A DNA stretch of 62,570 nucleotides, counting the filler, from Circinaria calcarea (Eukaryota): NCBI GenBank assembly GCA_051942165.1. It is 14 parts of 14 records of this genome, joined end to end, with 100 filler letters (N's around TTAATTAATTAA, not from the genome) between each part and the next. Parts side by side here need not be neighbours in the genome. Positions count along the whole stretch, not along the records: positions 49,276 to 53,641 come from JAVECS010002356.1; positions 53,742 to 58,106 come from JAVECS010002357.1; positions 58,207 to 62,570 come from JAVECS010002358.1; 11 more parts are not named here. One strand, given 5' to 3'. The translations under genes were made by a program, and so were the position numbers. Every line of letters begins with the position of its first letter. The stretch's first letter is position 1. Shown here piece by piece: positions 50,300 to 62,570 of this stretch. Under the pieces are notes generated by a model. The model was not told the DNA's origin and searched no databases. It worked only from the letters and a program-made list of their open reading frames with translations.

Positions 50300-51740
50300 A
50301 GCAATGCCACCATACATACATGCTGCTCAACACTTAATAGAAGAAAACGAGTGCCGTTAATACTAGGGAAAGGCGTAAGTGCTTTACGAAATATCTATAC
50401 TGAAAAAATTTAAGCGGCGAGCTTAGGTCGGACCATTGGCCATTATTAAAAAAACATTTCCGTGATATTCCGAAGTCTGGTAAAGCATCTCTACCCTTCA
50501 GCTGGCCTTCTGGCTGCAGGATTCTCTATTGTTGGAATTTTCCTGGATTAAAAACAAAGAGAACATGGGCTAGTCGGTAGCTCGCGTGAAGCTTTCGACT
50601 CTCCACCCTTTTTTGTGGGCTAGTTCGTTTCTGCTTCGCTCCCTGATACTTGCCTGTTGTATTTTTTTTAAAAATTATTTCGGAGTAGTTCCAGTGCGTA
50701 AAACGGCGGCAGCTGTTTGCTGATTGAACGAAATTTCGCAAACGCCGTTAAGAAGGACGCTATCATCAGAATTCTTCGAAAATCGGCTATTTTGGTATAG
50801 CCGTTCTAGGCAGCGCAGATAGATTCTTCTTCATAGGGCCGGATGAAAGATTTTGAATTGTCGTCTATCTCCGGTCTGAATTCAGATGTAATTCTTACCA
50901 TCTTGAGGTTCACTGGGCCCTTTAATCGGTTCCTGGACAACAGTTATACACACCAGTGGCTGAGGAATCCTCACACCAGCAGACTCATAAGGTCTCACCT
51001 CTGGAATACGGAAAACAACACCTGCATTGCTCTAGTCGCCACCATGGCCCAAGACTTAATCTCTTCCGCCCTTGACTATATCATCTTTGCTATAGATCTC
51101 CTTCATGTGAGTTGATATAAGGACTTCTACAGATACTTGCCGTATCTCGTTAGACTTTTATAGGCTGAGCTGTATATGTTGCCTTCTTGCGCCAACATAT
51201 TACTAAGAGGCAGTTTGGCAATATTTTGGTTAGATCTGGTGTCCACTGCTTTTAGGCATCTCGGTTGTGGCGACTGTACCAGAGTCGACTAACTGCGTGG
51301 CTGACTTCATTAGCTCCAATCAAACAAACGTAGGTCCAAAGCTGAGAACGGTATTACTTACTGCTCCGAGGTAGGAACAAGTTAAATTTGCTTTAAAGAT
51401 ATGCACTTTGAGCACGTGGTCGGTCTCATATATAATCTGCATACGTATAAAACAAGGCGATCGAGGAATCTGACAATATTACTGCATCGTTGGTTGGAAT
51501 GGATGAAAGGTTTGGAAAGTGTGGGATATGGTAGAAAGAAAAAGCGAAAGTCCAGGGAAAGATGATAATCCCGGTAGTAGACCATTCAAAATGATCTAAT
51601 TAGAGCATGGTATTTGTAGTTACCACAGTCTATTACTGATATCTTTTCGATACATTTAATTGTCCGATCACAGCAGCAACGGTCTAAGCCAGTCTTGTAA
51701 ATCAACGCCAGTACCGTTTGACCTCACTCCTTCGCTATTG

Positions 51741-52875
51741 TTAGCTTCTGCGAGAAACGGTAGACGGTTGTACGGCATACCATGTTTCCGGACTCTCTTG
51801 AACTAGCTTTCCTTTCTGGTTATTACCACATGCCCAAGCGGGAATGTGTCGACTAGCCTCCGCGACTTGAGGTATCTTTCTGTTTGGATAATCTCCGCAC
51901 GCCCAAGCGGGAATGTGTCGACTAGCCTCCGATGTGCAATGAGGTACCTTTCCGTTTGGATAATTACTGCATGCCGAAGCGGGAATGTGTCGACTAGCTT
52001 TCGTAAGTTGAATGTTTACTTGGTCATCGAGCCATGCCTGTTGCTGTGGAGTAGGTGCGTTCAGACGTCTCTCCTTTCTCGGCTTACTTATCCTGTTCGG
52101 AAAAGTCGGTCGGAAGGGAGACGACAGCTTGCGGCGCAAGTTTGGAAACTTGTATGCGCCACCCACAGGCAGGCCAGTTGACATGCTCGGTAAGCTTGTT
52201 GCTCCCGTCTGATGGGTGGGGGGTATCACACTCTCCTCGCTTGTCCAACTTCTTTCGCTGTAGCAATCTTCTGCTTCTTCAAGGTGGTTATCGTGTAGGG
52301 TGGTAACATCTCCAATCTGCGAATGGGCACGCGGGTAAATACGTTCAGAATTCCGGTAAGAAGTGGAAACGTTGGTTGAGCTGATCCAGCTTGGATTCTG
52401 TGCACTTGGCAAACCCTGGTTATCACTCTGTTCGGCAGGGTTGCGGTTATCCTCAAAGGAAGAAGGATCCCGCAGGCTTTGATGAAAGGAGGAGAAAATA
52501 GGGCTGATACGCTTCGAACTTTGGGCACCGGGCGGCGCATAGAGAATAGCATCTTTATAACATTCCAGATATTTAACAAAGGAAGAGTCAATTCGGGGAT
52601 GGGGCGTCTCAAGTGGACCTTTGAATTGTTAGCCTGTGCTGTGAACAACCTACTACATAAGAACGCTGAGAAACTTGTAGCAGTCTGCGATTAGTTAAGT
52701 AGACCAAACCAGGTCGTGCAATTATTTTTGTAAATGGAATTGAACTAAGGTGCTAAAGAAGTAATGGGATTCACTTACCAATAGGTAAAGACATTGGCCT
52801 CTCTTTTACGGTATGTACAGCTCGATATCCAGGATAACTTGTGGGACCGGCATTACTATCACGATAGCTTTCCAT
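51741..52875 (-). CDS. Orphan protein with three C-terminal Cys/His-containing tandem repeats
   Basis: ATG 52875. Phase-1 intron 52778-52619 (GTAAGT...CTAAC...AAAG) joins an open frame running into ORF 51741-52412. ASRHIPA[SW]AC occurs three times. Confidence 0.55.
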
Positions 52876-53741
52876 GACGAATAGAAAGAATGTGGCAGAG
52901 GCGAAGAGAACAACCTAATGTAAGGGTAAGGGGCTGATTCACGACAACACAGACCGCAAAGGACTTCACCGCAGATAGATGTCGAGTAACAAAGAGCCTC
53001 GTAAGACAGTATTGACGGGAAGCCATGGTTAGTCTTATACTTTGCCCCCAGTGCATGAGAAGGAAACATAATTTCGGAACAGGCTGACATGAATTTAGCT
53101 ATGAACTGGTAGAAAGGCTAACACTTCCCAATTAGGTCAAGCCTCTGGTCATTGCAGGGAAGCGTGGCGAACTGAGTTTGAGGCAACGCGTTGGATCACG
53201 AGAAGAAGACTCTTGAGATAACGAATGAGCCAGACTGCCTTTATGTTGACGTAGTAACGTGTTTTACATAATTGGAGCTCTCGGGGATTTGCGTTAGGAC
53301 TCATTGGGCACACACAATAGTATGACTTGGACGATTCCAACGGTTCTTGTTAAGCAATATGGGTGCTAAGCAACGGACTATATCTCTATTTGGGCGTCTT
53401 GAAGCTCAATACATTGACACCTCTGAGCGCCCAGGCATAATGCCATACAAAGAAGATTGCTTTTCAAGCCGAGTCAGGCTTGGACATAAAAGTGAATTGG
53501 AAGATGTTATTAGAATAGATGAACGCCGTTGTCGCTATGCTGATCAGCCTATCCGTTTGGTTATGCAGGCATTATCATGTTGGGTATCATGCTAATATCA
53601 TTAGGAATATGAACGGCGTATGCTAGCCCAGGAACATGAGGNNNNNNNNNNNNNNNNNNNNNNNNNNNNNNNNNNNNNNNNNNNNTTAATTAATTAANNN
53701 NNNNNNNNNNNNNNNNNNNNNNNNNNNNNNNNNNNNNNNNN

Positions 53742-55417
53742 ATCGAGTGCGCCGCGTCGGTCGAGCTGCCCATGGGCAGCAGGAGCACATTCTTACCCGT
53801 CGCCTGCTCGAAGGTGAGGGTGACGGGGATACTACGTAGAAAAGGAAACTCCCAATCAGTCATACACCACGGAGAAAAAAAACTCACGGGGTTTTAAAAT
53901 ATTACATTGGGGGAGTGGGGTCTCAAGGGAAAGAGAAAAAAATGGAACATACCTCCCACCCTCCCTCGTCAGGTCCGGCTTCACGCCAAAAACCCTCTCG
54001 ACCGCTCGGCCGGCGGCGCTGAAATTCCAATGCTGGGGACTCGCGACCCACCAGTTACCCGCGTGCTGCAGGCTCACGTCGAGCGAATTCTTACTGCCAA
54101 GCTTGGCAAACTCGTCTCGGACATACTTGTAGACGGCCTCGTTGGCCTGGTCGCTCTCCATGTTGGGGACCGTGCGGATGGAGAACTTGCCGATGACTTT
54201 GGCGGGAATCACGGTTTTGGCGCCGGGAGCGGAGAAGGCGCCTTCGATGCCATGCACGGAGAGCGAAGGGTACCGCCAGCGCGCCATGAGGGTGCGCTCT
54301 TTGGTGTCGAAGATACCGGTCTGGGACCCGAGGGATTCGTACAGGTTATCCATGGTGTAACTGATGGGGCCGTAGAGGGCTTTCTCGTCGTCGGTGAGCG
54401 GGGCGACCATTTCCATAATCCCGGGTATTTGGATCTCGCCGTGCGTGTTGACGAGGCTCCCCAGGATGCGGACCAAGTCCGTCATCGGCTCTTGGGTCGC
54501 ACCACCAAAGACGCCGCTGTGGAGGTCCTGGCCGGGCCCGCTGACGGTGACACTGTAGTAGTTGCAGCCGCGGAGACCGTAGGTGAGACAGGGTTTTTCG
54601 GTGCCGAGCCAGTAGTTGTCACTGATGCAGACGGCGTCGGCATCTGCGAAGAAACCGCCCTTTTGGGCTTCCTTCTCTATGAACTCGTCGAGACCTTCGC
54701 TGCCGTACTCTTCCATGCCTTCGAAGCACATGAGGAGGTTGACGGGGAATTCGATGCCTGCGTCTCGGTGCGCCTGGATGGCATTCAGCCAGCCTAGCAC
54801 GGGGCCTTTGTCGTCGGTGCTGCCGCGGCCGTACATGCGGCCCTTGTCGTCGACGGTCAGGCTGAAAGGATCCGTGGCCCACCCGTCATCCTTCAGCGCA
54901 GGTTGGACGTCGTAGTGACCGTAGACGAGGATTGTTCGTTTGGAGGGAGAAGAACCGTATCGGGCTATGATGACGGGTGGGAGTTGGAGATGGGGCTTTC
55001 CAGGCTGGGGCCCTAGAGGCCGGGAGTGGACGGTAGCCCCCAGCTCAATGAGCTCCGAGACGAGGAATTCGGACATCTGTTGGTGGTAGAGAATTATCAG
55101 CCAGGAGCAAATGGGACAGCAAATGCCGGCAAGGACTGACCTTGACCACATCTGGACGGCGGTCCTCGTCCGCTGAGATGGAGGGGATCGCAACAGCTTT
55201 CCGGAGGCCTGGGCATGGTGTGAGCTGGATTGGCGGGGCACATGGGAGGAGAGTGTGCTGGGAGTGAAGGGGGACTACCGACGATCAATGAAGGACTCCG
55301 ACAAGCTGTCGACCCTAGAGAGACGGGGTGTTAGTGGCCCAAGCCGTTAAAGAGTACGAAAATAAAACTATCAGATATCACCCACTGCTTAAAGTAGCTA
55401 TCGAGTTGAGGAGCCAT
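53742..55417 (-). CDS. DUG1: Cys-Gly metallodipeptidase (peptidase M20), 3' truncated
   Basis: Short first exons [33 protein letters not shown]. Motifs [40 protein letters not shown] and DAAHS. Confidence 0.97.
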
Positions 55418-55813
55418 TTTGCAAACGGACGCGACCGATCGCAGTTTGCTCAATGGTTTCTGCTGGATACGACTCGGGCAGAGGCGGTATATACGAGGTC
55501 TAGATTCCAAGGATACCGACGAGGTACAACGTGACAGACTGCATTGACTTTGGCGCAGTTGGACGTAGAGTTGGTTCCCACGTGTACGGAGGGGTAACAT
55601 GCCCCCACGATGCCGGGGGAAGAAGTCGAGAGGAAGCTGAATGGCTATTCTACTGTATCATTTTCCCTCGTGTACCCTCTCCTATGTATCTCAACCGTAT
55701 GGCCTTGGCCTTGGCCAAACTTTGTTTAATTTACTTGAAGTCAAAAACCTGTTATATACAATCACAATCTCTAGACTCTCTAAGATTTGTATATCAACAT
55801 CTTCTTAACACTA

Positions 55814-56816
55814 CTATTCACCCTTGATAGATCCTTCTCTCTGTTGCCGCCGGACCCGTGCTATATTGGATGACCCTCGGTCTGGCCCAAGCAATTCCAA
55901 TGACAGCGGCTCCAGAACCAAACTGCAATTACCAAATACATCCAAGGACACCAACGGACAGGTCTTCAACGCCATCAAAGGGCGCGCCCATTTCTCATCC
56001 AAACCCACCTTGTGCTCAGATCCGTTAAGGCATTGGCTGTCATGAAGGTAAGTAAAGAGAGTCAAATTCGTCAGACCAGTCAGCTGTTCCGAAATCGTCT
56101 TGATGGCATTTGCCCATGCATCTCTCTTCTTCTCCTCCTCCACATACCAGGGTACGCAATATCTACTGCCACAATCTTCGTACTCCGGCGGATCCGGCGG
56201 AGGATGATACATGAGTTCCAAGGACCTGATTGACGCTTTCGAAGCCGGACTAAGCATCGATAGCAGACATTGCACCACTTCATAATCCGGGAGACGAAGA
56301 ACAATATTGTTATAGAACATGCGGCTTGTCTCCTCATAGATTTCACGGCAGGTGAGCAAAAGGGCTGCTTGATTAAATTGAAAGTCCTGAGCGCGAGGGG
56401 AGTAGTCTTCGTAACAGATCTTTTCCCATCGCCCATTTTTATATTGCTGGTGAGACATTTTATTTTCAATCTTCCACTGTATTTCATCGCGCCGGCAGTG
56501 TTGTCGATGAAAGTCATCAGATAGCACTTCTTCCCGCAGGCACACCACCTCAGAGCCCAGTGCCTCTTTGCCGGGTAACCAGTCAACTGCGTAAACCTCG
56601 TGCTCCCACGTATATGCGTAGATCAAGAATCTGATCTCCATCGGTAGCCGCAGAAATCTGGAACCATGTTGGAGTTGCTCTGCCTGTTCCGAGTTTGCTC
56701 CTTGCGGCTGAACCTCTGCAAATAATTAGTTACACGAAAAGCTTTTGCCGTAATAAGCAAGGGAACTCTATACCGGTAGACGACACTCCTCTGTCTTGTG
56801 AGGAAAGCCTATCCAT
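55814..56816 (-). CDS. Fungal F-box-like hypothetical protein (FLxLPxEIR...LLxTCRxIYxE family)
   Basis: Two exons from ATG 56816. Motifs SRFLRLPMEIRFLIYAY and ALLLTCREIYEETSRMFY, then LRR-like IRSLEL and LTGLTNLTL. Confidence 0.75.
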
Positions 56817-56906
56817 TGTCAATGGAAGACGGAGTGGTGTTCTCTGCCTACTTATTAATCATAGTACTTTCGGATGTAGAGTGAGAGTCGCGTGTAGATA
56901 GGAGTA

Positions 56907-57418
56907 CCCTCGTATGTAAAATCCTATACGGAGTACCAAAACGAACACCACTTCTTTGGATTCACAAGGGCCCTCGAAAAACCACCTCGAAAATCAACGA
57001 ATTGTCTATTCAATCCACAATCACTGGTCATAAATCAATAAAACTTACACGTATTTTTAGATCATAGTGTATTCTAGTAAATCTACGATTTTCAGATGAT
57101 TTCAGCCAATACTTATAATAGAATTAATTAGAACTAAGAATTTTACTGGTTGAATCGCGAACTCATATGAACATGGCTTAACACCTAGGAAATCGCGAAT
57201 TACTTTCCACTCTTAAGATAGAATAGGCTAGAATCTTAATAGATTATAAATCATTACTAGATCTAATGCATGCTGAGTTTTTAGTAGAAACGACCTCGTG
57301 GTTATAGAGAAATAATAAAATCCATGAAATCTTCGGGGTGGGTTTTCGAGGGCCCGTGAATCCCAAAAAAAAATTGGTGTTCGTTTTGGTACTCCGTATA
57401 GGATTTTACATACGGAGG
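56907..57418. mobile_element. 512-bp TA-flanked MITE / foldback element with long terminal inverted repeats
   Basis: Left TA|CCCTCGTATGTAAAATCCTATACGGAGTACCAAAACGAACACCA; right, reverse-complemented, TA|CCTCCGTATGTAAAATCCTATACGGAGTACCAAAACGAACACCA. The match continues through GGGCCCTCGAAAA. The interior is AT-rich. Confidence 0.9.
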
Positions 57419-58974
57419 TAAAAGTAGAACGTGGTCCTAGAATGCAAGTACTCCGTGTTTATAATCCTTGTTTTTGTGCTAGCCTCTCCTGACTAATGGT
57501 GCTGGGAAGGCGAAAAAGACCATACAGCCATTAAGAGCATTAGTATATGACATGCCCGTTAAACAGACTTGATACGCGCTAAGCAGTTGCGCCTGTTCAT
57601 GGACTGCTTAACAGCAGTTTTTGAAGTGAGTGATGGAAGGCGGAGCAGGAGTAACAAAACACAACGCCAGTAAGTATACACGGCCCAATAGGATGGGAAC
57701 CTAGTTGACTCGTCACTTTCGGCACTAAGAAGCAAATGTCTTGGAATATGGAGAATCCATAACACCGTCACTATTGAATGAAGTCCCCTTTTTGCAGGGA
57801 AAAGTCTCCATGCCTGCCCCAATATGACTCTGACACTAAGCTAAATGAGGTCGACCGGTGTATTTCCAACTCCTCGCTAAAACGCTCAAGTCGCTATGCA
57901 CTAATATAAACACCAGGGGTCGATGCTCTCGATGAAAACACGCAGCAGGAATTAATCAGTTAATTTATATATACGCCCTGAGGCATCTTTTGGGAATCGC
58001 TAAGCCTTCTCTTTGCCTTTGCTCTGTGATGTATCTTCGTCATCGTGTCGAATGTGATCCTCTGGTAAGTTCCATTGGATTCCATAGTCTCCGCCAATGT
58101 CGGCCTNNNNNNNNNNNNNNNNNNNNNNNNNNNNNNNNNNNNNNNNNNNNTTAATTAATTAANNNNNNNNNNNNNNNNNNNNNNNNNNNNNNNNNNNNNN
58201 NNNNNNCATTATGGCGGTGGTGGGGGAAACCCGTATGAGCGGAATAGTTTGATATAAACTATTATTTTGAAAATACTGGGATTTGGGTAACTCATATTTG
58301 CCTTTTTGACCTGGATGATTGTAGTGTCTGGGTAGATTCGATGCTAGTGAAAAAAACGCTCAGTAAAATGGTGGAAGAATTATTAAATTAGTATCTGAGA
58401 TCTAAAAGACGTGGGGACGTGGCTGAGAAAGAGGAAATGAAATCGAGTAAATATGATATGCCTGTAGGTAGGTACTGTAGCGTAAGGCTAATACATAATA
58501 ATTACCCATAGTTATAGACTTTGGTCCTGTGTTTGGGAGAACTGCTCAGAATCGGTTTTTGATATTTACAAAATGCTGGTCAAGGAGAATGAGTGGATAG
58601 GTCAAGAACACGCTAGGGTCAGCCCAAGTTTGGATTAAATCGTGCAATTATTTTCGATCAGTATCCAGCCAATAGATGTACTTGGGGGCATGAAACGGTA
58701 GAAATTCACTATGTATTTTTTTCTTTCCTCTCACATTTCGCTCCATATACATTCATTACCGATGCAAGGACTTCGAAGGAACCAAGCCTTTCAATAGTGC
58801 AGCCAGTACACTACGCACTACGAGCTAGAGGGTGCTGCATTGTATTGATAATGCTGGTATTGCACTGACAGTGCAGCCCTAGGTCTAGCCTTATAAAACT
58901 ACCAGCTATTTCCCCCTACCCCCTTTTACCCCTGGAGCTTTGGTCTAAATCATCGCCTCGTACTGTTGTTTACA

Positions 58975-61900
58975 TCAAGCCAACTCTAAAACTTCCGCTA
59001 CCTTATGGGCGTCTATCAGCCTTGCCTATGCTAGAGGAGATCTACCCTCATCATGTACATGATCTGCTCGGGCACCCAAATTCAGCAGCAGTTGCACCAA
59101 CGCCAGTTGTCTAGCCGAGGCCGCATGAGAAAGCGGAGTGCGGCCGCTGTGGTCCCTTCTATTGATATCAACAAGTCCCGTCGCGAGAAGCGCATCGATA
59201 TTTTCAGCGGCGTGGGGCATTTTGTACATAACCACCAAATGTAGAGGACTGCAACCATCGTTATCTTGTAGGTCTGCGATACCGGAATCGATTTGTGTTA
59301 ATAACTTCAAAACCCTCGAATCGAACATCCGTCGAGCGGCCCAGCAAAGCGCCGTCCGCCCATATTTATCCACACTTCGTAGATTGACCCTCCTGTTGCG
59401 AGCGAGTACTTCCACAGCTTCATACGGCGCCTTCTCCGCTGCCCAGGACAATGCCGAGCGTCCGTTTTCATCAAGTATATTCGGCTGCACTTGAGCATCG
59501 TGCAGTAGGAATTTGACCACTTCCACCAACCCGTGTCTAGTAGCACCGAATAGCATAGTTTTGCCATGTATATCTGTGTGATTGGCATTGCTCCGTCTAT
59601 CTTGGATGAGCCATCGAGCTATGTCCAAATGACCATATAAAACCGCATGAAATAGGGGCGTTCTTCCTATGAGATCGGGGCAATCGATTTGGGTGCCTGA
59701 AACCTCACATAAAGTCTTTAAAAGGACTAGATTACCTCCCATAGCTGCTAGACATAGTATGCTCCGGTTGTTCGGACACTCAAACTCGAGGGATACCTGC
59801 TTCGACGCAATCAAGAGTTGAACGACTTCTAAGTGACCGAAGCTGGCAGCACAAGCGAAGGGGGGTCAGGCCAAGGACTACCTTCCGATCTGGGTTGGTT
59901 TTGCTTGCCAAAAGGATCCTAACCACCTGATGGTGACCCCTCTTCGAAGCCCAGTACATGGCATTCTCCTTACTGTCCTGTGAAATATCCTTGCTGTAGT
60001 GCTCGATGAGGTGGCTGGCCATATATTCAAGGCCAAAGAAAGCAGCTACTGTGAGCGAATCAAAGTCGTCCGGACCTGGATCGTAGGTTTTCGAGTACCA
60101 ATAATATCGTAGCCAGTTCTGAAGGAAGTACGTTCCGTCTTTGGTCGAGATACGAATGGCTGATTCAAGAAGGTCTTGAGGAACGATAGATTGGCAAAGT
60201 GCAAAATGCTTGGTCCAGTGCAATGCTGCATAGTCGTAGAACTGCTGCTTTACTGAAATATCCTCGAGTCTTCGTTGGCCTATCGCACTGTCCTCGAAAA
60301 GATCCCCGAGCCCAAGGTCGTTATCAACTTCTTCGGAAACTACCATATTGAAACCTTCCAATCCCTCTAAACCAGGATCCATGCTCTGTCCTTGGGTATC
60401 TTTCGAGAACAAGTCTTCACTATAATCTTGAATGCCAAGATACGAGACACATGCTTCAGCAAGCTTTCGGTTTGCTTCGGCGGGTACCATCGCAAAAGCA
60501 TTGGAGACACCTGTTCGGGGGCTTCGACTAAGTTTTAAGAGGAATTCCCCGGCTGACTGATGCGCAAGATAGACTTTGGAATCCGTTACTTTAACGAAGC
60601 CCCTTAGACAGTCAAGAGCGCTTTCAAAATTGTCTGAACACGAGTCCTTGAGTTGACTAAGACTAGTGTTGTGCCGTCTTAGTAACTGGACGACAACATT
60701 GAGCTCAGTGATAGTGAGAGGTCTGGAAGAGGTACAGATAATCTGTAATAACAGGATTGCATTGTTTTGCTCTGCCGGCGGAATCTTTTCCAATATGTTT
60801 GCGTACACCGATTCTGCTTCGCATGGTAACGTGTTTACGAGTTGTTGAATATCTTGGAGCGAATCTGAGCCTGTTTCACGTAAACTTCGCTCCAATAGCT
60901 CGAAGACTAGAGTCACCCATAGGAAATTAATCTCTGCTTTTGATATCAGAATGTCTTCGACTCCAAGCGCTTTAAGGGTTGGCCATTTTCCCTTGCCTGC
61001 AAGCTTGATAATCTTTTCGTGGATTATCCGCTCGATATTTGGTTTTAGAGCTTTGTGGTTTTCGAGCGACAAGCGTGATATTGGCAAATCATGAAATTTG
61101 TTTTCGATAGCTGGCTCTCTTCGACTTGTAAGCAGTACTTTGACTTGACTTTGGGGCCCAGCCCTTTCGTGAGTCTTCTTCCTGAACAGAGCAACGATAT
61201 AATCGAGCAGATCATTTCGCGATTCTGGTTTGCATTCATCCACAGCATCAATAATGATCGTTACTATTCCAGTTTTAGAATCCTCCAAAATCTCTAAGAG
61301 CAATTCGGCAAGTACTGCGGCTCGCTGTGTTTGACGGTATTTGAAAATCTTCTTAGCGCGATGCAGTAAATCATGACGTTGACGTAAAAGCTGGAAAATG
61401 ATACTCTGCAGAATGGCCAGGCTGTTGTTTTGTGCACCAATATTTTCCACGCAGAAGAAATAGCATACTGTGTCGGGCAGAACATAGCAAGACTCCAAAT
61501 AGTCTATAATGTAGAGTGAAAGTATCGATTTACCAGAACCAGCGTGCCCAATCACCCATACAAGACTCGACTGCTGCTGAGAATGCCACAAAGTATAGGT
61601 GTCGTCTTTACTGACCACTTACAGGTGCCTTCGGCGGGAGAAGGAAGACTTCGCTTATAGTAGGTGATGCTCGAAGTGTCAAGTTCCTTCAATATCTTGG
61701 ACTCCTCATCGCTGAGATCTATTCACAGAAGTTCAGTGGCGAAAAGCAAACGCTTGAGGATCTATTATATACCCCGATTGAAAGTCTCTCCGACCAGGGA
61801 CGCTGGGTCAACTTCGGGTAACGCTGAATCTTCCTGACCATTGCATTTTGCGCTATCGAGAATAGATATGATACGACCAAGTACCTTTTGGTAAGAGCTG

Positions 61901-62570
61901 CCTGCCTCCTGATCAAAGCGACATATTGCTTTATGGTCCGCGTTCATAGGGATTCTGATCTCGTCTTTGTCATTAAGAAAACATGAGAATTTTGGGACAA
62001 CCTAGCATATATTAATGCGAACGTTAGAAGTGTCCTAGCTACAAACGTTAATACGAAGCGAGAGGCTTACCGTAGACTTCAATGGGCTCAAAGTTTCTCC
62101 TTCATAGCATGTGACAATCTGAAAGTCACCTAGCCGGTGTCTGAAAGACTCGGATATGCCTTCAAGGATTGGGGAACCACTTTTCAATGCTTCGACGAGA
62201 TCACTTCGTATAAACAGTCTATCAGAGAAAACAGAGCAGGCGTTAATAATATTAGCAAGCATTGCTCCTGTATTTGCAATGTCCCCAGCACCTCTATGTG
62301 GGGTTCCAAAGAAGAAAACAGCGCAGGTGCTTTCGTATATACTAGCATATTGAAGATCTTCCTTGGCCATGATCAGAGCCTGCAGAATTATATAACCAAC
62401 TATTCTCTAGACATTGGTGTTTAGACTGACCCTTTTGCAGACTATACCACCTAGCGAGTGACATATGAAGATGATTGGACGAACGTTGGCCTAGTCCGAG
62501 TAAGTCGTGTACTTGCTAAATTATGGCTGAAGCACACCCTTTGCCCTTGCCTTGCTGCTCTCGTATTCTC
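58975..62570 (-). pseudogene. Fungal NLR (SesB-like hydrolase - NACHT - ankyrin repeats) with two frameshifts and a late in-frame stop; 5' truncated
   Basis: RPIIFICHSLGG, FFGTPHRG and ADH in the hydrolase domain. Walker A GHAGSGKS, Walker B IIIDAVDE, FLWV and HQSA in the NACHT region, then about ten ankyrin repeats. Frame breaks near 61615 and 59860, and TAG at 59028-59026. Confidence 0.85.

Noticed and set aside
50300..51600. AT-rich stretch after the second LTR as retrotransposon internal sequence
   Set aside because: No primer-binding site, and no gag or pol motif could be read in any frame.
53907..54797. 296-aa plus-strand ORF
   Set aside because: Antisense shadow of the GC-rich, codon-biased DUG1 gene.
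4387..58206. Regularly spaced TTAATTAATTAA palindromes as a biological repeat or CRISPR-like array
   Set aside because: Always embedded in fixed N runs; it is a six-frame-stop linker added during concatenation.
40334..62570. A single immunity island linking the HeLo-like pair, the lectin-like gene and the NLR
   Set aside because: They lie on different contigs ordered only by length.

Overview
This is not one locus. It is 14 unrelated contigs of 4386 to 4364 bp, in non-increasing size order, joined by an artificial 100-nt spacer (N44-TTAATTAATTAA-N44). Gene adjacency therefore means something only within a contig. The DNA is from a filamentous ascomycete (short GT-AG introns with CTRAC branch points, a Zn2Cys6 factor, fungal NLR families). 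Housekeeping genes, many cut by contig ends: galactokinase, acetolactate synthase, a sucrose/alpha-glucoside permease, NHX1, RQC1/TCF25, an OTU deubiquitinase, D-amino acid oxidase, a ZIP zinc transporter, an Asg1-like transcription factor, bleomycin hydrolase, DUG1, DUF3074, a metallo-beta-lactamase-fold gene, and an intron-containing tRNA-Val(CAC) with a defective acceptor stem. Accessory content: a head-to-head pair of HeLo-like/SesA-type N-terminal-domain genes with no visible NACHT domain, a disrupted SesB-NACHT-ankyrin NLR, two tandem Clr5-domain genes, a two-repeat lectin-like gene and orphan genes. Mobile and repeat DNA: two copies of a ~220-bp LTR (one a solo LTR with a 5-bp target-site duplication and RIP-type changes), two TA-flanked MITE-like elements, a hairpin element, and an over-represented TACGGAGTA motif. 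The best candidate for an undescribed system is the divergent HeLo-like pair at 40334-44140. That call is an inference from motifs and arrangement; no database search was run. Exon structures were read by hand and may be off by a few bases.
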